Below, piece by piece: positions 25,128-35,166 of a stretch of DNA of 49,043 nt. How positions within the stretch are numbered: the first letter of the stretch is position 1; each line of letters begins with the position of its first letter. Origin of the DNA: Escherichia phage PGN590. Location of the stretch: the sequence record NC_049830.1. One strand, given 5' to 3'. Made by a program: the position numbers and the translations under genes. Under the pieces are notes generated by a model, which was not told the origin of the DNA, did not search any database, and saw only the letters and a program-made list of their open reading frames with translations.

Positions 25128-25580
25128 TCAGAAAGGAATGTCATCGTCAAAGTCCATAGGAGGCTGATTGCTTTGTCTTGGCTGTTGCGGTTGTTGCGGT
25201 TGATTCTGTTGTTGTGGTTGGCCCCATCCCCCTTGCGTTCGCTGCTGATATTGTTGATGGCTTTCCCCGCGCTGACTGAAGATAAGATTTGCAAATCCAC
25301 CAGGCATCAAACTTGAATACATCTTTCCGTTGTGTTCTCGCGTTTCAATGCGCAGAGTGTCACAAGAAACAGAAATAACCTTGCCAACCTGGAACGCCTC
25401 AGCATACCAACCATTAAGTCCGTCAGTTTTCGCATTAAAAAAGAAACTGTAGTTTGTATATTGCCAGTTTCCATCTTTATCTTTGTATCGCTCTGAAAGT
25501 TCAACCACATAAAGTGTGCTGCCGTTAGGCATTTGCTTTACTCGCGGCTCTTTTCGGATCTCACCAGTAATAATATGCAT
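25128..25580 (-). CDS. ssb: single-stranded DNA-binding protein
   Basis: OB-fold-like N-terminus, Gln/Pro-rich linker, acidic tail DFDDDIPF. Confidence 0.85.
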   Translation of the reverse strand: MHIITGEIRKEPRVKQMPNGSTLYVVELSERYKDKDGNWQYTNYSFFFNAKTDGLNGWYAEAFQVGKVISVSCDTLRIETREHNGKMYSSLMPGGFANLIFSQRGESHQQYQQRTQGGWGQPQQQNQPQQPQQPRQSNQPPMDFDDDIPF

Positions 25581-25624
25581 TATTTATTCTCCTGTAAGAA
25601 AGGGGCGCAAGCGCCCCATGTCAA

Positions 25625-26281
25625 TTATTCAAAATCAGTGATACTTTGTGATTTTACTTGCTCGTCGTTTTTTGTGTCAACGTCTTGAGCGGCGAGATTT
25701 TGCTTTGGTTGCGCTGGATTAAATCCTCGTGCTTTTCCGATCTCAAGCTCTGCTTTGCGTTTTTCGTAATGCTCTTTAATTACCTGCTTGCTTGCCGGAT
25801 CGCTTGCCTTCCATGCTGATTTGAGCACTTCTTGTAATTCGTTTACGCTTTCACATTTCTCAATGTCACGCTTCCAGTCATTTGCAGATTTAACGGCAAT
25901 CTGTGCGTCATCGTCTGCCTGGCTTAATCCAAATGCGGCTGCTGCTGCATAACGACGAGCATATGTGAATGCAGATCCGACGCCTTGAGGATCGTTTTTA
26001 ACTATTGGTAATTCAGCATAGAATTTAACCCACTGACCGGAAACATGCAGGACTGTAGTTTCAACCTTGATTCGGTTAGGTTGTTCGCTTTCAATCATAT
26101 CCTGCATCAACATTAGCTCGTTATCGTTGAGTGCTGGAGTGATTGCATCAAGTACGGCATCAAGTGTTGCGTAACGGTTTTTAAGGTGCGTGTTTTGCTT
26201 ATCCTTCTTCACCTTTACAAACAAACTGCGCGCCTTATGCAGTGCTGGCAAAACCTTGTCGAATTGCTCTGATAGTTTCAT
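25625..26281 (-). CDS. Erf-family single-strand annealing protein
   Basis: [23 protein letters not shown] resembles Erf core as recalled from P22 Erf. Confidence 0.65.
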   Translation of the reverse strand: MKLSEQFDKVLPALHKARSLFVKVKKDKQNTHLKNRYATLDAVLDAITPALNDNELMLMQDMIESEQPNRIKVETTVLHVSGQWVKFYAELPIVKNDPQGVGSAFTYARRYAAAAAFGLSQADDDAQIAVKSANDWKRDIEKCESVNELQEVLKSAWKASDPASKQVIKEHYEKRKAELEIGKARGFNPAQPKQNLAAQDVDTKNDEQVKSQSITDFE

Positions 26282-26326
26282 GATTAATTCCCGTAATTAA
26301 TGGCGGCTTTCGCCGCCTTATTGCTG

Positions 26327-26605
26327 TTAGTGCTTTGCCTCTTCTTTGGTGTGTAATTTAATCAGATTTTCCATCATGCGATCAGAACTTTCTTTTACAG
26401 CCTTGATTGCTTCATCGTTTTCTTCGCTCATTGTTGCAATAAGTACGACGTTATCGACCGCATCAATTACTTTTCTGATGTACTCCATTTCTTCTTCGCC
26501 TGCAGTTGGATCAAGTGGCGCCACAAAGTCACGAAGCAACATAGCCATGCCAGTTGCAAAATTGTTGATATGAACTGCCACCTCTGACACTTGCTTGTTT
26601 TCCAT
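26327..26605 (-). CDS. hypothetical protein
   Basis: GAGGAAATAAA RBS; between exonuclease and Erf. Confidence 0.45.
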   Translation of the reverse strand: MENKQVSEVAVHINNFATGMAMLLRDFVAPLDPTAGEEEMEYIRKVIDAVDNVVLIATMSEENDEAIKAVKESSDRMMENLIKLHTKEEAKH

Positions 26606-26686
26606 ATTTATTTCCTCACGCTTGTTGTTAACTTATGCGGTGAATTATAACACCGCATTTTTCATTTGTTTAGCTATTTGTGCTGT

Positions 26687-27748
26687 TTAAATAAGATATT
26701 GCTTAAACTGGCGGCGCACCCAATCAGGAGTATCAAGGCAAACCTCAGGCTCACCGTTTGAATACGAAGGCCAAACGTCATGTTGCTGGCACATGGCAAA
26801 CTGGTTAATCACGCTCGTGTACTGAATGCGCCCGATCTTCAACTGCTCGCTATTCATGCGGAAAGCCAACGGCAAATAAGGCTCTTTCTTCTCTTGGGCT
26901 AACAGTCGCACAACTATAGGTCGCTTTTCTTCTGGATATGCTTTCCTGAATAAATCACATTGCAACGCCATTTTCAAATAATATCCGTGATTGTAAGCCA
27001 GGCGCATAAACTCAACCGGATTAGCGCTCATTGTGGTTTTGTAGTCTGTGATCACAATGGCCTCTGGATAAATAATATCTCTGCAAATAGGCTGGCCTTT
27101 TTCATCGTAACCATCAATCAGCGTTGCGGTGACGTTCTTTGTTACGTCAACGTGATCGCATCGAACTTTGACTTTTACGCCGTTAATTTCACCGAATAGC
27201 GATAATTCACGTTGTGCTGTCTTGCTATTCATACATGCGTTATGTTCAGGTATGGATTCAAGAACCTGGCGCATTGCCACGCACGCATCGTAATCTTTAG
27301 CCTCGATTAACTGAACCCCATCGGCCCTGGCTTGACTTTCTGCGATCATCTCAATCAACCACATAACGTTAAGGTCTTCTCCGCAATCAACCATCATTTT
27401 GATAAGATCTGGATAAGTCTTTCCGGTTGTACCTTTCAGGCCAAATGATTTCAGTTTTGCAGCCAGCGCCGTTTGGCTAGTTATCAGATCCTTAAAGTCT
27501 TCTGTCGCTGGCGCACGGCGATAGTTTTTTTCGAAAAGCTCCTTGCTTTCAAAGTTGGTATGCGACTGCGTACCGAAAACTAGCGCTTTGCTCTTATCAT
27601 CACGAGGCTTGAACTTCCACGCCGCCGGGCATGTGCTGTAAATCTCTGCCAGGCTTGATCCGCTAACATAATCAGCCGTCCACGCTTCTGGATCGTGATA
27701 AAGCTCGTTGCTCATTTCTTCGCTGGTGTACGCCATAAACTTATTCAT
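26687..27748 (-). CDS. RecB-family PD-(D/E)xK exonuclease
   Basis: ITDYKTT motif typical of RecB/Cas4-type nuclease domains; partner position to Erf. Confidence 0.65.
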   Translation of the reverse strand: MNKFMAYTSEEMSNELYHDPEAWTADYVSGSSLAEIYSTCPAAWKFKPRDDKSKALVFGTQSHTNFESKELFEKNYRRAPATEDFKDLITSQTALAAKLKSFGLKGTTGKTYPDLIKMMVDCGEDLNVMWLIEMIAESQARADGVQLIEAKDYDACVAMRQVLESIPEHNACMNSKTAQRELSLFGEINGVKVKVRCDHVDVTKNVTATLIDGYDEKGQPICRDIIYPEAIVITDYKTTMSANPVEFMRLAYNHGYYLKMALQCDLFRKAYPEEKRPIVVRLLAQEKKEPYLPLAFRMNSEQLKIGRIQYTSVINQFAMCQQHDVWPSYSNGEPEVCLDTPDWVRRQFKQYLI

Positions 27749-28023
27749 GATTTGCCCTCATTGGTTGGTATGTCTGCATTGTAGCTATTTGATGCGTTTA
27801 GTCAATAGTTATTTTGTTTTTTCTGTTCTAACAACGTTCTCACCAACTTTGGTAACAAAACTTACATGTAAGAGATTGATAAATATCAGTGTTGTCTTTT
27901 TGTTCTCTTGTTCATCCATTTGCGCCGGATATAGATATATAGACACACAAACACTAACACATACACAACCAAATAAAAATTACCAGACACACAAAATCAC
28001 ACAAAACATAGATAACAAGAAAA

Positions 28024-28063
28024 AACAAATATAAATATATACACTACTAACTCATTGATTTAT
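28024..28063. repeat. conserved block shared by both strand-switch control regions (copy 2)
   Basis: AACAAATATAAATATATACACTACTAACTCATTGATTTAT; flanked by CA-rich and TATATA tracts. Confidence 0.6.
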
Positions 28064-28172
28064 ATATATGTATATATACTTATCTGTATGTATAGCGCTC
28101 TATTACTGTTCACTTTTTGAGCTAAATTTAAGCCTCCGCAGATTTGAGAACGAAGGAAAACAAAAAGAACAG

Positions 28173-28191
28173 AATAGCACTTTTTGCTAAA
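28173..28191 (+). promoter_or_regulatory. intergenic repeat (variant TTGCTAAA), promoter-like
   Basis: in control region 2; TATAGT at 28211-28216; drives lipoprotein gene. Confidence 0.5.
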
Positions 28192-28247
28192 CGCACGCCG
28201 CAAGATCGTGTATAGTTGCAACTAACAATAACTAAGGAGAAAACAAG

Positions 28248-28475
28248 ATGAAAAAATTAATCGCCGTTTTGATTGCAGCCGTAACCCTGACTGGTTGCGC
28301 AAATATGCCTAAGCGTGAATGCACGGCTATTTATGAAAATAGCGGTATGCAGTATTCAGTTGCTATTTTTGGAGTAAAACGAGTTGGCGACCGCACTCTT
28401 GTTAAGGCTGGCTATCCGTTTAATTTTCAGTGGGTAAGCATTGATAACTTTAAAAACGCTGATTGCAGTATGTAA
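28248..28475 (+). CDS. small lipoprotein, Cor/Llp-like superinfection-exclusion candidate
   Basis: AAGGAGA RBS; lipobox AAVTLTGC; 75 aa with two distal Cys; adjacent to tail genes. Confidence 0.5.
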   Translation: MKKLIAVLIAAVTLTGCANMPKRECTAIYENSGMQYSVAIFGVKRVGDRTLVKAGYPFNFQWVSIDNFKNADCSM

Positions 28476-28485
28476 ATAAAAATAA

Positions 28486-28506
28486 AGGGGCAAAAGCCCC
28501 TTTTTC
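28486..28506. terminator. bidirectional intrinsic terminator between convergent genes
   Basis: AGGGGC-aaaa-GCCCCT flanked by A-run upstream and T-run downstream. Confidence 0.7.
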
Positions 28507-28507
28507 A

Positions 28508-29179
28508 TTAGTCGTAAATATCAGTCTTAATGGCTGTTATTGCATTGCCATTATTTGTATACCCAACAACAGATCCGGTTGCATTATTACCGCTTGCTGC
28601 TGATATTCTTGTTGTTGACCCGTTAAACCTAGCGCCTGTGTATGCAGTAATAGAAATCACCTGTGGTTGACCTTGAACAAAAAATCTAATTAGCGTAGAA
28701 CCCAATATTCCAGGTGATACTGCATAACTTCCTGATAACGTTTCATCTATATTTATACCACCATTAACTCCAGGTGCCCCAACGGTCACAAGATCTGTTA
28801 AAACCTTTGATTCATTTGTTAATATACACGTACCTCCTTCATCCCAAATTGCCATTCCATATTTTGGTAATGGCTGAGGGAATCTTGCAAAAACATAAGC
28901 TGTTAAAGTGTGTGATTGACCAAATGGATTGCTTGAGCTAACAACTATACTGTCTCCATTTCTTCTTGATCCAACTGTTGTTGGTTGTGCTGTGTAAGTT
29001 GTTTTCAAAAATGCTATTGCCGGATAACTTGAACTGATTGGAATATTAGTTGATGCTGATTGAAAAACTCCGTTAGCGGAAGATGATACATTTACTTTTT
29101 TATATAATACAAAAGGCGTTGAATTTGGCGTAACAAATGGATTACCGTTATTAAGATTTAATAAAGCACCGTAACTCAT
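28508..29179 (-). CDS. tail fibre-associated protein
   Basis: GGAG RBS; Ser/Gly/Thr/Asn-rich; downstream of J-like gene. Confidence 0.45.
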   Translation of the reverse strand: MSYGALLNLNNGNPFVTPNSTPFVLYKKVNVSSSANGVFQSASTNIPISSSYPAIAFLKTTYTAQPTTVGSRRNGDSIVVSSSNPFGQSHTLTAYVFARFPQPLPKYGMAIWDEGGTCILTNESKVLTDLVTVGAPGVNGGINIDETLSGSYAVSPGILGSTLIRFFVQGQPQVISITAYTGARFNGSTTRISAASGNNATGSVVGYTNNGNAITAIKTDIYD

Positions 29180-29180
29180 A

Positions 29181-29486
29181 TTAAGATTTCTCCACAAAAA
29201 CTACCAATTCACAAGCAGACGCAGCATAATTTCCAGGCCCAACGTTACTTGCAGGTGAAACTTTTATTGTATTTCCTGATGCTACTATATTCCTCCCCAC
29301 GCCAACATCACCTTGATCAAGAGCAATTGCGAATCCGACTTTCATCCCGCTTGGTATTGTAAAGGACCAAGATCCACTTGTTTGGCCTTGACTTAAAGAA
29401 ATGATGCCAACAACTGAAACAGGCTTGATCCCATAGTTATTATAATTACCGTTTGCATCCCACGTTGAAATCCCATACTCAGCCAT
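29181..29486 (-). CDS. tail-associated protein
   Basis: GGAGG RBS before ATG 29484-29486; between J-like gene and next tail gene. Confidence 0.45.
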   Translation of the reverse strand: MAEYGISTWDANGNYNNYGIKPVSVVGIISLSQGQTSGSWSFTIPSGMKVGFAIALDQGDVGVGRNIVASGNTIKVSPASNVGPGNYAASACELVVFVEKS

Positions 29487-29529
29487 TATTAAACCTCCAT
29501 AAATGCGGGGCAATCGCCCCGCTTTGATT

Positions 29530-32500
29530 TTACCACGCACCAGTCAGCCTACCAATCTGAACACGCAAAACGCCGTTTGCATCCCTAACGCTGATCGTTT
29601 CGTTTGTCATTTTCATGGCTCCCTCTCCAGGAGTAGAACCATAATTTTCAAACGTGCCGTTTTTATCCAGCCTCCATCCTGCTTGATTCCAAACGTAATT
29701 GTTTGATTGGATGAAGTTACCGATCATGGCGTTTGTGATTGATCCGTTTTTCACTAACAGGCTGTTAATGAAAACTTGGTTATTTTCAACCACAAAAGGC
29801 AATGTATACGACCCTCCGGTCGAACTTGTCATGATAGCGAACCTGTTCGCATCAAACAAAATCTGCGAAATAAGGCCGGATGAACCCTGCGAAAGCTGCA
29901 TTACCATTCCTGCGCTGTACTGCTGCCCGTTGTAGGTCAGTCCCAATTTCATTGCGTACTGTGCGCCAACTCCATTAACACCAGCCCATGAATCAAGTTT
30001 TTCTGTCAGCGCTGATTCAACATCTCCAAACTTCGCTGTTAATGCCGTATCAGCCGAAACGCGCGCCTCTGTTTCGCTTGCAATCGCTTCCTCAACCCGC
30101 GTTAGTTGCCCCTGAATATCATCACCAATCTGTGATTTCAATTCCTCAATGGCTGTTGCTCGCGTTTCCGATTCTGTTGCAATTGCCTGATCAAGCCTTG
30201 TTACTTCGCTAGTTATTTCCTCGTCAAATTCAGCCTTGAGTTGCGTCATTGCGGTAACGCGCGCCTCAGTTTCATCTGCGATCAACTGTATTGATTGCCT
30301 GAATTCGGCTTTGCGTTTTCCGTTTTCCTTCCTCATAATCCTAACGTCTGCATCATTCGCCAATGCGTTTTGAATGATGCTTTGTGCCTGATCCTTGATT
30401 TTGTTTGCGCTATCAATGGCATTCTCTTTCAGATCCTTTCCTGCTTCGGTATCAAAAATCTTATCAAGAATATCGCCTAAAACAGCCTCCACATCATCTG
30501 AAGCCATGCCTCTAACAAAATCAGTCCAGCCGGAAACGTTGCCGATTCTGTCAACGCTGCGGATTCTATACCATACAACATGACCAGCCGGAAGCGTGCC
30601 GTGCCAATATTCATATTGTGGGTATGGTATCAGCGTTAACAGGCTTGAGTTTTCAGCCGTTCCATCAGGCGATTGATGAAGCTCAATGTATGCCGTGTCT
30701 CCGCTGCCTTCTGGCATTCCCCACTTAACACGAATGCCAAACACCTCATTGTCGGATGCAGTTAAGTTAACTGGCGCGCCTGGCTCTCCTACCTTACCAG
30801 TCAGTGAAGCTGTCACAATTCTGGACCATGGAGACGTAGAACCGGAAGCAGAAACAGATCTTACCCTTACCTGGTAGTTTCCTGAATAAATACCTTCAAC
30901 CTCAATTTCTTTGTTTGCAGTCTGTGGTGTATTCAGCCAGTTGCCATCACCTTTTCGCCACTGCATTTCATACAGCGATGCGTAAGGTACTTTATCCCAC
31001 GACACAACCATTGTTTCAACGCTTGCACCCTGGACAATTCGCGAGTATGAGGATATTTGCACGTTTTCCGGTGCTGCCATTGTGTCAGGCTGGACAATTG
31101 AAGTCGGCCTGTCATCAATGTTTACTCCGTAATCAATCTCGTCGTATTTGTTCGGATCATATTCAACAGCTGTGATGGAGTATGTAAATTCATCATCATC
31201 ATCACCTTTGCCGATACTCGTTACAACGTATTGCTGCAATGCAATATCAGTGCGGTCGATTGCAAAAACCGTGTCAGGTTTAACCTCAAATCCAAACCCA
31301 ATGTTTAGCTCAATGGTTTTTCCGTCACCGCTTACCTTTGAGATTGTGCGCTTAACTGGCTTTCCATCCGGCTTGTTGATGATAATGAAATCACCTGGTC
31401 GTGCGTCAATCTTAAACGGAGCGAACACTTGCAAGCCGGAAACTTCCATCACGCGCCCTGATAGGTTTAATTTAAGGTTGCTGCTGTGAAAATTGTCAGC
31501 AATAGCAATCACATCACCTATTGATGGGATCATGCCTTCAAGTCCAGTAGCAAAGTTTACCGTAGTGCTGCGCAAGTTGGTTTTTAGTATCCATCGACCG
31601 CGCCGATTAGCCTCACTTCTGCGTGTACATCCGATCGCTGTTATGCTTGTAGGATTGTATCCAAAGCGCAATGATGCCTCGGTGTCGAATACGCCCTCTA
31701 CGTCCTGTTGATACATGTTTTGTTCGTCATCGAACGTCACGTTGCACTGCGTGTACATGCTCTTTTCGCTTGCTGTTGTGTACTGAAAATCACCATCAAC
31801 AACGTTGTCATTGGTGAAGATGTACGATGGATCGCGCGGCTTATCAATGACGATTGACAAGCTCTCCCCATTCCAAAAGCTCATGCCTCGGAAGATTGAG
31901 CAAATATCACGAATAAGCTGATAAGCCTCAATCTGGCTTTGAATCACAACGTCGCATAGATAACGCGGCTCTGTACCGCCTTTTCCATCCGGCACTTTCT
32001 GATCGCAGTATTGCGCCGCTTCGTAAAGACTCCATTTGTCAACCTGCACACCAAGTTCTCGCTGATCTAATCCGTATCGCTGGTTTGTGATAATGTCATA
32101 AAGAACCCACGCCGGATTGTTCGACCACGCTTTCTTGAAAGTACCATCCCATGAACCGTGATACTCTCGCATTACCGGATCGTAATTGCTCGGAACATTA
32201 ATCAACTTCCATTTCTTCTTGATTGAAATGTTAGGGATCTGGTTAGGGAATAACTCACTGTCAAATTCAACATATACAAGACCAGTCAGAGGATAACGGA
32301 ATTTTGCATCAATAACCTCAGCGTAACTTTGTAGCTTAATCAGATCGGTAACGCGAGAAGATGTGCTGTCTGCCGTAACCCTTCTAACCCTAAGCAATAC
32401 GCGATCATTAAATGCCGGAAGGTCAATCCTTCGGCTTCTGTCGTAACCGGAACGCGTTTTACCTTCGATGGTGTCTAGTAATACTTCTTTGTAAGAGTCT

Positions 32501-32955
32501 CCGTCAACAGCCATATCAACAGCATAAGTAACCTTAACGCCTACAAGATCGCCGTTATCCTCTTGCTTAATGCCTGTTGGCATTAGCATTTTGATTCTGA
32601 TAGCCGATAATGTTTTGTTGGTCACAGAAATTACATAAGGATTTGATGTAGTAATGTCACGCGCCAGCGTCACTTCGCTTGATGTGTCAGTAAACCCCTG
32701 AATGTAATCTTGCGTCTGTGTTCCAGGTCGAAATTCAGCTTTCACACCCTGGTAGTTAACAGTTCCATCATCTGCAATTACCGGAACATCATCAAGATAC
32801 AGATCGCGAAGTGTAAAATCTGGATCGCACTCGCCATCGGAAACGGCAAGAAGGATTTTGATTTTGTTGATTGAGATCAGGTTATCTTCCATCTCTTTCG
32901 GAACATAAGGTTTTGATGATCCGCCCTTACTTCCCGTTATCATATTTTCAGCCAT
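29530..32955 (-). CDS. central tail fibre / tip attachment protein (lambda J-like)
   Basis: block YHGSWDGTFKKAWSNNPAWVLYD...QYCDQKVPDGKGGTEPRY matches lambda J as recalled; coiled-coil C-terminal region. Confidence 0.9.
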   Translation of the reverse strand: MAENMITGSKGGSSKPYVPKEMEDNLISINKIKILLAVSDGECDPDFTLRDLYLDDVPVIADDGTVNYQGVKAEFRPGTQTQDYIQGFTDTSSEVTLARDITTSNPYVISVTNKTLSAIRIKMLMPTGIKQEDNGDLVGVKVTYAVDMAVDGDSYKEVLLDTIEGKTRSGYDRSRRIDLPAFNDRVLLRVRRVTADSTSSRVTDLIKLQSYAEVIDAKFRYPLTGLVYVEFDSELFPNQIPNISIKKKWKLINVPSNYDPVMREYHGSWDGTFKKAWSNNPAWVLYDIITNQRYGLDQRELGVQVDKWSLYEAAQYCDQKVPDGKGGTEPRYLCDVVIQSQIEAYQLIRDICSIFRGMSFWNGESLSIVIDKPRDPSYIFTNDNVVDGDFQYTTASEKSMYTQCNVTFDDEQNMYQQDVEGVFDTEASLRFGYNPTSITAIGCTRRSEANRRGRWILKTNLRSTTVNFATGLEGMIPSIGDVIAIADNFHSSNLKLNLSGRVMEVSGLQVFAPFKIDARPGDFIIINKPDGKPVKRTISKVSGDGKTIELNIGFGFEVKPDTVFAIDRTDIALQQYVVTSIGKGDDDDEFTYSITAVEYDPNKYDEIDYGVNIDDRPTSIVQPDTMAAPENVQISSYSRIVQGASVETMVVSWDKVPYASLYEMQWRKGDGNWLNTPQTANKEIEVEGIYSGNYQVRVRSVSASGSTSPWSRIVTASLTGKVGEPGAPVNLTASDNEVFGIRVKWGMPEGSGDTAYIELHQSPDGTAENSSLLTLIPYPQYEYWHGTLPAGHVVWYRIRSVDRIGNVSGWTDFVRGMASDDVEAVLGDILDKIFDTEAGKDLKENAIDSANKIKDQAQSIIQNALANDADVRIMRKENGKRKAEFRQSIQLIADETEARVTAMTQLKAEFDEEITSEVTRLDQAIATESETRATAIEELKSQIGDDIQGQLTRVEEAIASETEARVSADTALTAKFGDVESALTEKLDSWAGVNGVGAQYAMKLGLTYNGQQYSAGMVMQLSQGSSGLISQILFDANRFAIMTSSTGGSYTLPFVVENNQVFINSLLVKNGSITNAMIGNFIQSNNYVWNQAGWRLDKNGTFENYGSTPGEGAMKMTNETISVRDANGVLRVQIGRLTGAW

Positions 32956-33000
32956 GCTTTTTCACCTTTTGTGCTATTTGATTTGTTGAATTATACGGGC

Positions 33001-33027
33001 AAAAAAAAAGCCGCGCAACGCGCGACT
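33001..33027 (-). terminator. intrinsic terminator between I-like and J-like genes
   Basis: GC-rich stem followed by nine U on minus strand; RBS and J start follow. Confidence 0.55.
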
Positions 33028-33035
33028 CTTTTATA

Positions 33036-33632
33036 TTAAGCCTTATCCTCTGCATAACTCCCAGCCGACCATATAGCTCCGCCGACGGTCCTTTGACCGT
33101 ATGGCAATGGTATTGGGTATCCTGCCGCCGTTGTGTTAACTGCACCGCCAAAAGCGTAAGACGGCTTATTCTCTGCTGATTGGGATGATAACCGCGACCC
33201 GCCTTGCTGTGGTGAAATCATTTGCATTACACCACCCAGCACCATAGCACCACCCATCATGAAAGCAGACGATGCAAAAGCGCCCATCAAAGCAAGTGAG
33301 GAGCCGCCAGTGAAAAATGCAGTAGCCATAATAACCGCGCCAAGAACAACCTGAAACAACCCGCCAGACTTTGAACCTGTTGGGATTGGAATAATCCTCA
33401 CTTCCTTTGCACATTGCCACGCTTTTTCATCGTTCTGCCCTACATTCTTACCGTCAACAAATACAGCGTAACGCATTCTCGATCCCACTTCGCTTTGCAT
33501 GTAGTCCTTGAATCCTTCCACCTGCGAAGATAGTGCGCGTATTGCTTCGGGGTATGAATCAACAGCCAGCTTATGAAATACTCCAAATCTTCGGCCTAAA
33601 GATCCAGATAATTTAATTACCTTCAAAGTCAT
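33036..33632 (-). CDS. tail assembly protein (lambda I-like)
   Basis: PEAIRALSSQ and GSKSGGLFQVVLGAV with Gly/Ala-rich hydrophobic C-terminal half, as in lambda I. Confidence 0.7.
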   Translation of the reverse strand: MTLKVIKLSGSLGRRFGVFHKLAVDSYPEAIRALSSQVEGFKDYMQSEVGSRMRYAVFVDGKNVGQNDEKAWQCAKEVRIIPIPTGSKSGGLFQVVLGAVIMATAFFTGGSSLALMGAFASSAFMMGGAMVLGGVMQMISPQQGGSRLSSQSAENKPSYAFGGAVNTTAAGYPIPLPYGQRTVGGAIWSAGSYAEDKA

Positions 33633-34344
33633 ATTTTAGATCCTTATGTCTACAAACCATTTTTGCATGTTCCTGATACCATCCAGAATACAGATCAACC
33701 CTTGACAACTTGCCAAAGGCATGATGAAGCAACTGATTGTTGCCAAGATAAATGCCTGCATGATTCCACACTGGCGCGGAAAGCTGAAAGATAACCATAT
33801 CACCAGGTTTTGGCGGCTCTCCTGTTTCAATAAAACCCTCTTTCAGATAATTTTCTTGATAAAGATTTTCACCGTGCTCAGGCTTCCACCATTCATATGG
33901 TTTCCTGAAGTCATTCAGGATAACGCCATGTTGCTTATGCCATGCCATAATAAGCCCCCAGCAATCATACGCCCCAAGCGACCATGGGCGACCAATCAGA
34001 GGACGAGATTCAGGCTCAATGATTCTCATATCACCTTCGGGCCATGACACAATAACCCATGAAACACCCATTTCATCACACATGCATGTATCATGGGCGC
34101 TTGGAATTGTACTCGCCCCGTCTCCAGTGTGGCTATGCACAACAGCAATAAGCTCGCCACTTTCGCACGCTTCAACGTATTCAATTGCGTCCATCTCAAA
34201 ATGATTTTCAGGATCATCATGTACGTTGGTTATGCGGCGGTATTTTTGCACGCGTGATTTTTGAGTGATAACACCGCACGCCTCGCGCGGGTATTCATCT
34301 TTTACGTGCTGCATTATTTCAAGTTTTATTTTTGCACTAATCAT
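33613..34344 (-). CDS. tail assembly protein (lambda K-like, MPN/JAMM plus NlpC/P60)
   Basis: VHSHTGDG (JAMM-like) and AYDCWGL (NlpC/P60 Cys); ATG 34342-34344 overlaps L stop. Confidence 0.75.
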   Translation of the reverse strand: MISAKIKLEIMQHVKDEYPREACGVITQKSRVQKYRRITNVHDDPENHFEMDAIEYVEACESGELIAVVHSHTGDGASTIPSAHDTCMCDEMGVSWVIVSWPEGDMRIIEPESRPLIGRPWSLGAYDCWGLIMAWHKQHGVILNDFRKPYEWWKPEHGENLYQENYLKEGFIETGEPPKPGDMVIFQLSAPVWNHAGIYLGNNQLLHHAFGKLSRVDLYSGWYQEHAKMVCRHKDLKYDFEGN

Positions 34345-35105
34345 CACTGATTTCTCCTTAACAGGCTTGCTACTGGCGCACCGCCAAAATCAAGCTGCTG
34401 ATCTGCACCAAAACGAAGTTTGCACGCTGTTACAGTTCCGGCGCAAAAGTCTTGAGATGGATCGGTTACAGGATTGTTGTCTTTGTCAAACATTCGCGAT
34501 CCATTGTATCCGCAACCATTTCCGCTTCGATACCATCCACGCTGCGCCCAATAACAAACGCTTTGAGTTATTCGCGGAGGAATCATTATTCCATCCATAT
34601 CATAAGGCGATGTCAGATCAAACTTTGCCATCATTCTATTGTAATGGCTTGGGCGCTCAATGTAATAAACCAGCTTTCTTGAAGCGCCATCTTTAATGCT
34701 GCCATCTTTACCCATTAATTCTGCTGGCGTGATCCAGATTGTAACCTTAGCTTGCATCATGCCGTTAAAGTTGCGAATCATCGCGCTCACCTGGCTGTCA
34801 AGGTTTGACAGTATCAATTGTGGCTTATCAGCCTTTCCGTTGCTTGTGAAGTTGATACCTGATATTCCGAACGGGCGCGCGCCGTAAACCTCACCACGGA
34901 ATGTAATCTCTTTCGGCGGAAGAACTCCAGTTTCTCGCGCCTGCAATAATTCTTCCGCAGTGTATGAGATGTTCTCATTGTGTATGCGGTAAATGTTTGC
35001 GCCAAACTTTGTTCCGTCAATTTCAATTAGCGTGATAATCTCGCCAGGGTAAAGGCTTTGCAGACAATTTTCAAGATCCGCGCGACCTGTTGTTTCATTA
35101 GCCAT
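34344..35105 (-). CDS. minor tail protein (lambda L-like)
   Basis: AAGGAGG RBS; N-terminal MANETTGRADLENCLQSLYPGEIITLIEIDG; C-terminal Cys cluster. Confidence 0.7.
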   Translation of the reverse strand: MANETTGRADLENCLQSLYPGEIITLIEIDGTKFGANIYRIHNENISYTAEELLQARETGVLPPKEITFRGEVYGARPFGISGINFTSNGKADKPQLILSNLDSQVSAMIRNFNGMMQAKVTIWITPAELMGKDGSIKDGASRKLVYYIERPSHYNRMMAKFDLTSPYDMDGIMIPPRITQSVCYWAQRGWYRSGNGCGYNGSRMFDKDNNPVTDPSQDFCAGTVTACKLRFGADQQLDFGGAPVASLLRRNQ

Positions 35106-35139
35106 AACTGCACCTCCTTTCGTACATTGTATCATCAAT

Positions 35140-35162
35140 AAAAAAGCCGCACAAAGGCGGCT
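35140..35162 (-). terminator. intrinsic terminator between M-like and L-like genes
   Basis: minus-strand AGCCGCC/GGCGGCT hairpin plus six U, then AAGGAGG RBS. Confidence 0.6.
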
Positions 35163-35166
35163 TGAA

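Noticed and set aside
24949-25167. Plus-strand 72-aa ORF between tail fibre and ssb
   Set aside because: No RBS, overlaps the ssb 3' end on the other strand; kept only as a note in the finding on the unassigned region.
29988-31711. Plus-strand ORFs inside the J-like tail fibre gene
   Set aside because: Antisense to a gene with a strong protein match to lambda J; no independent signals.
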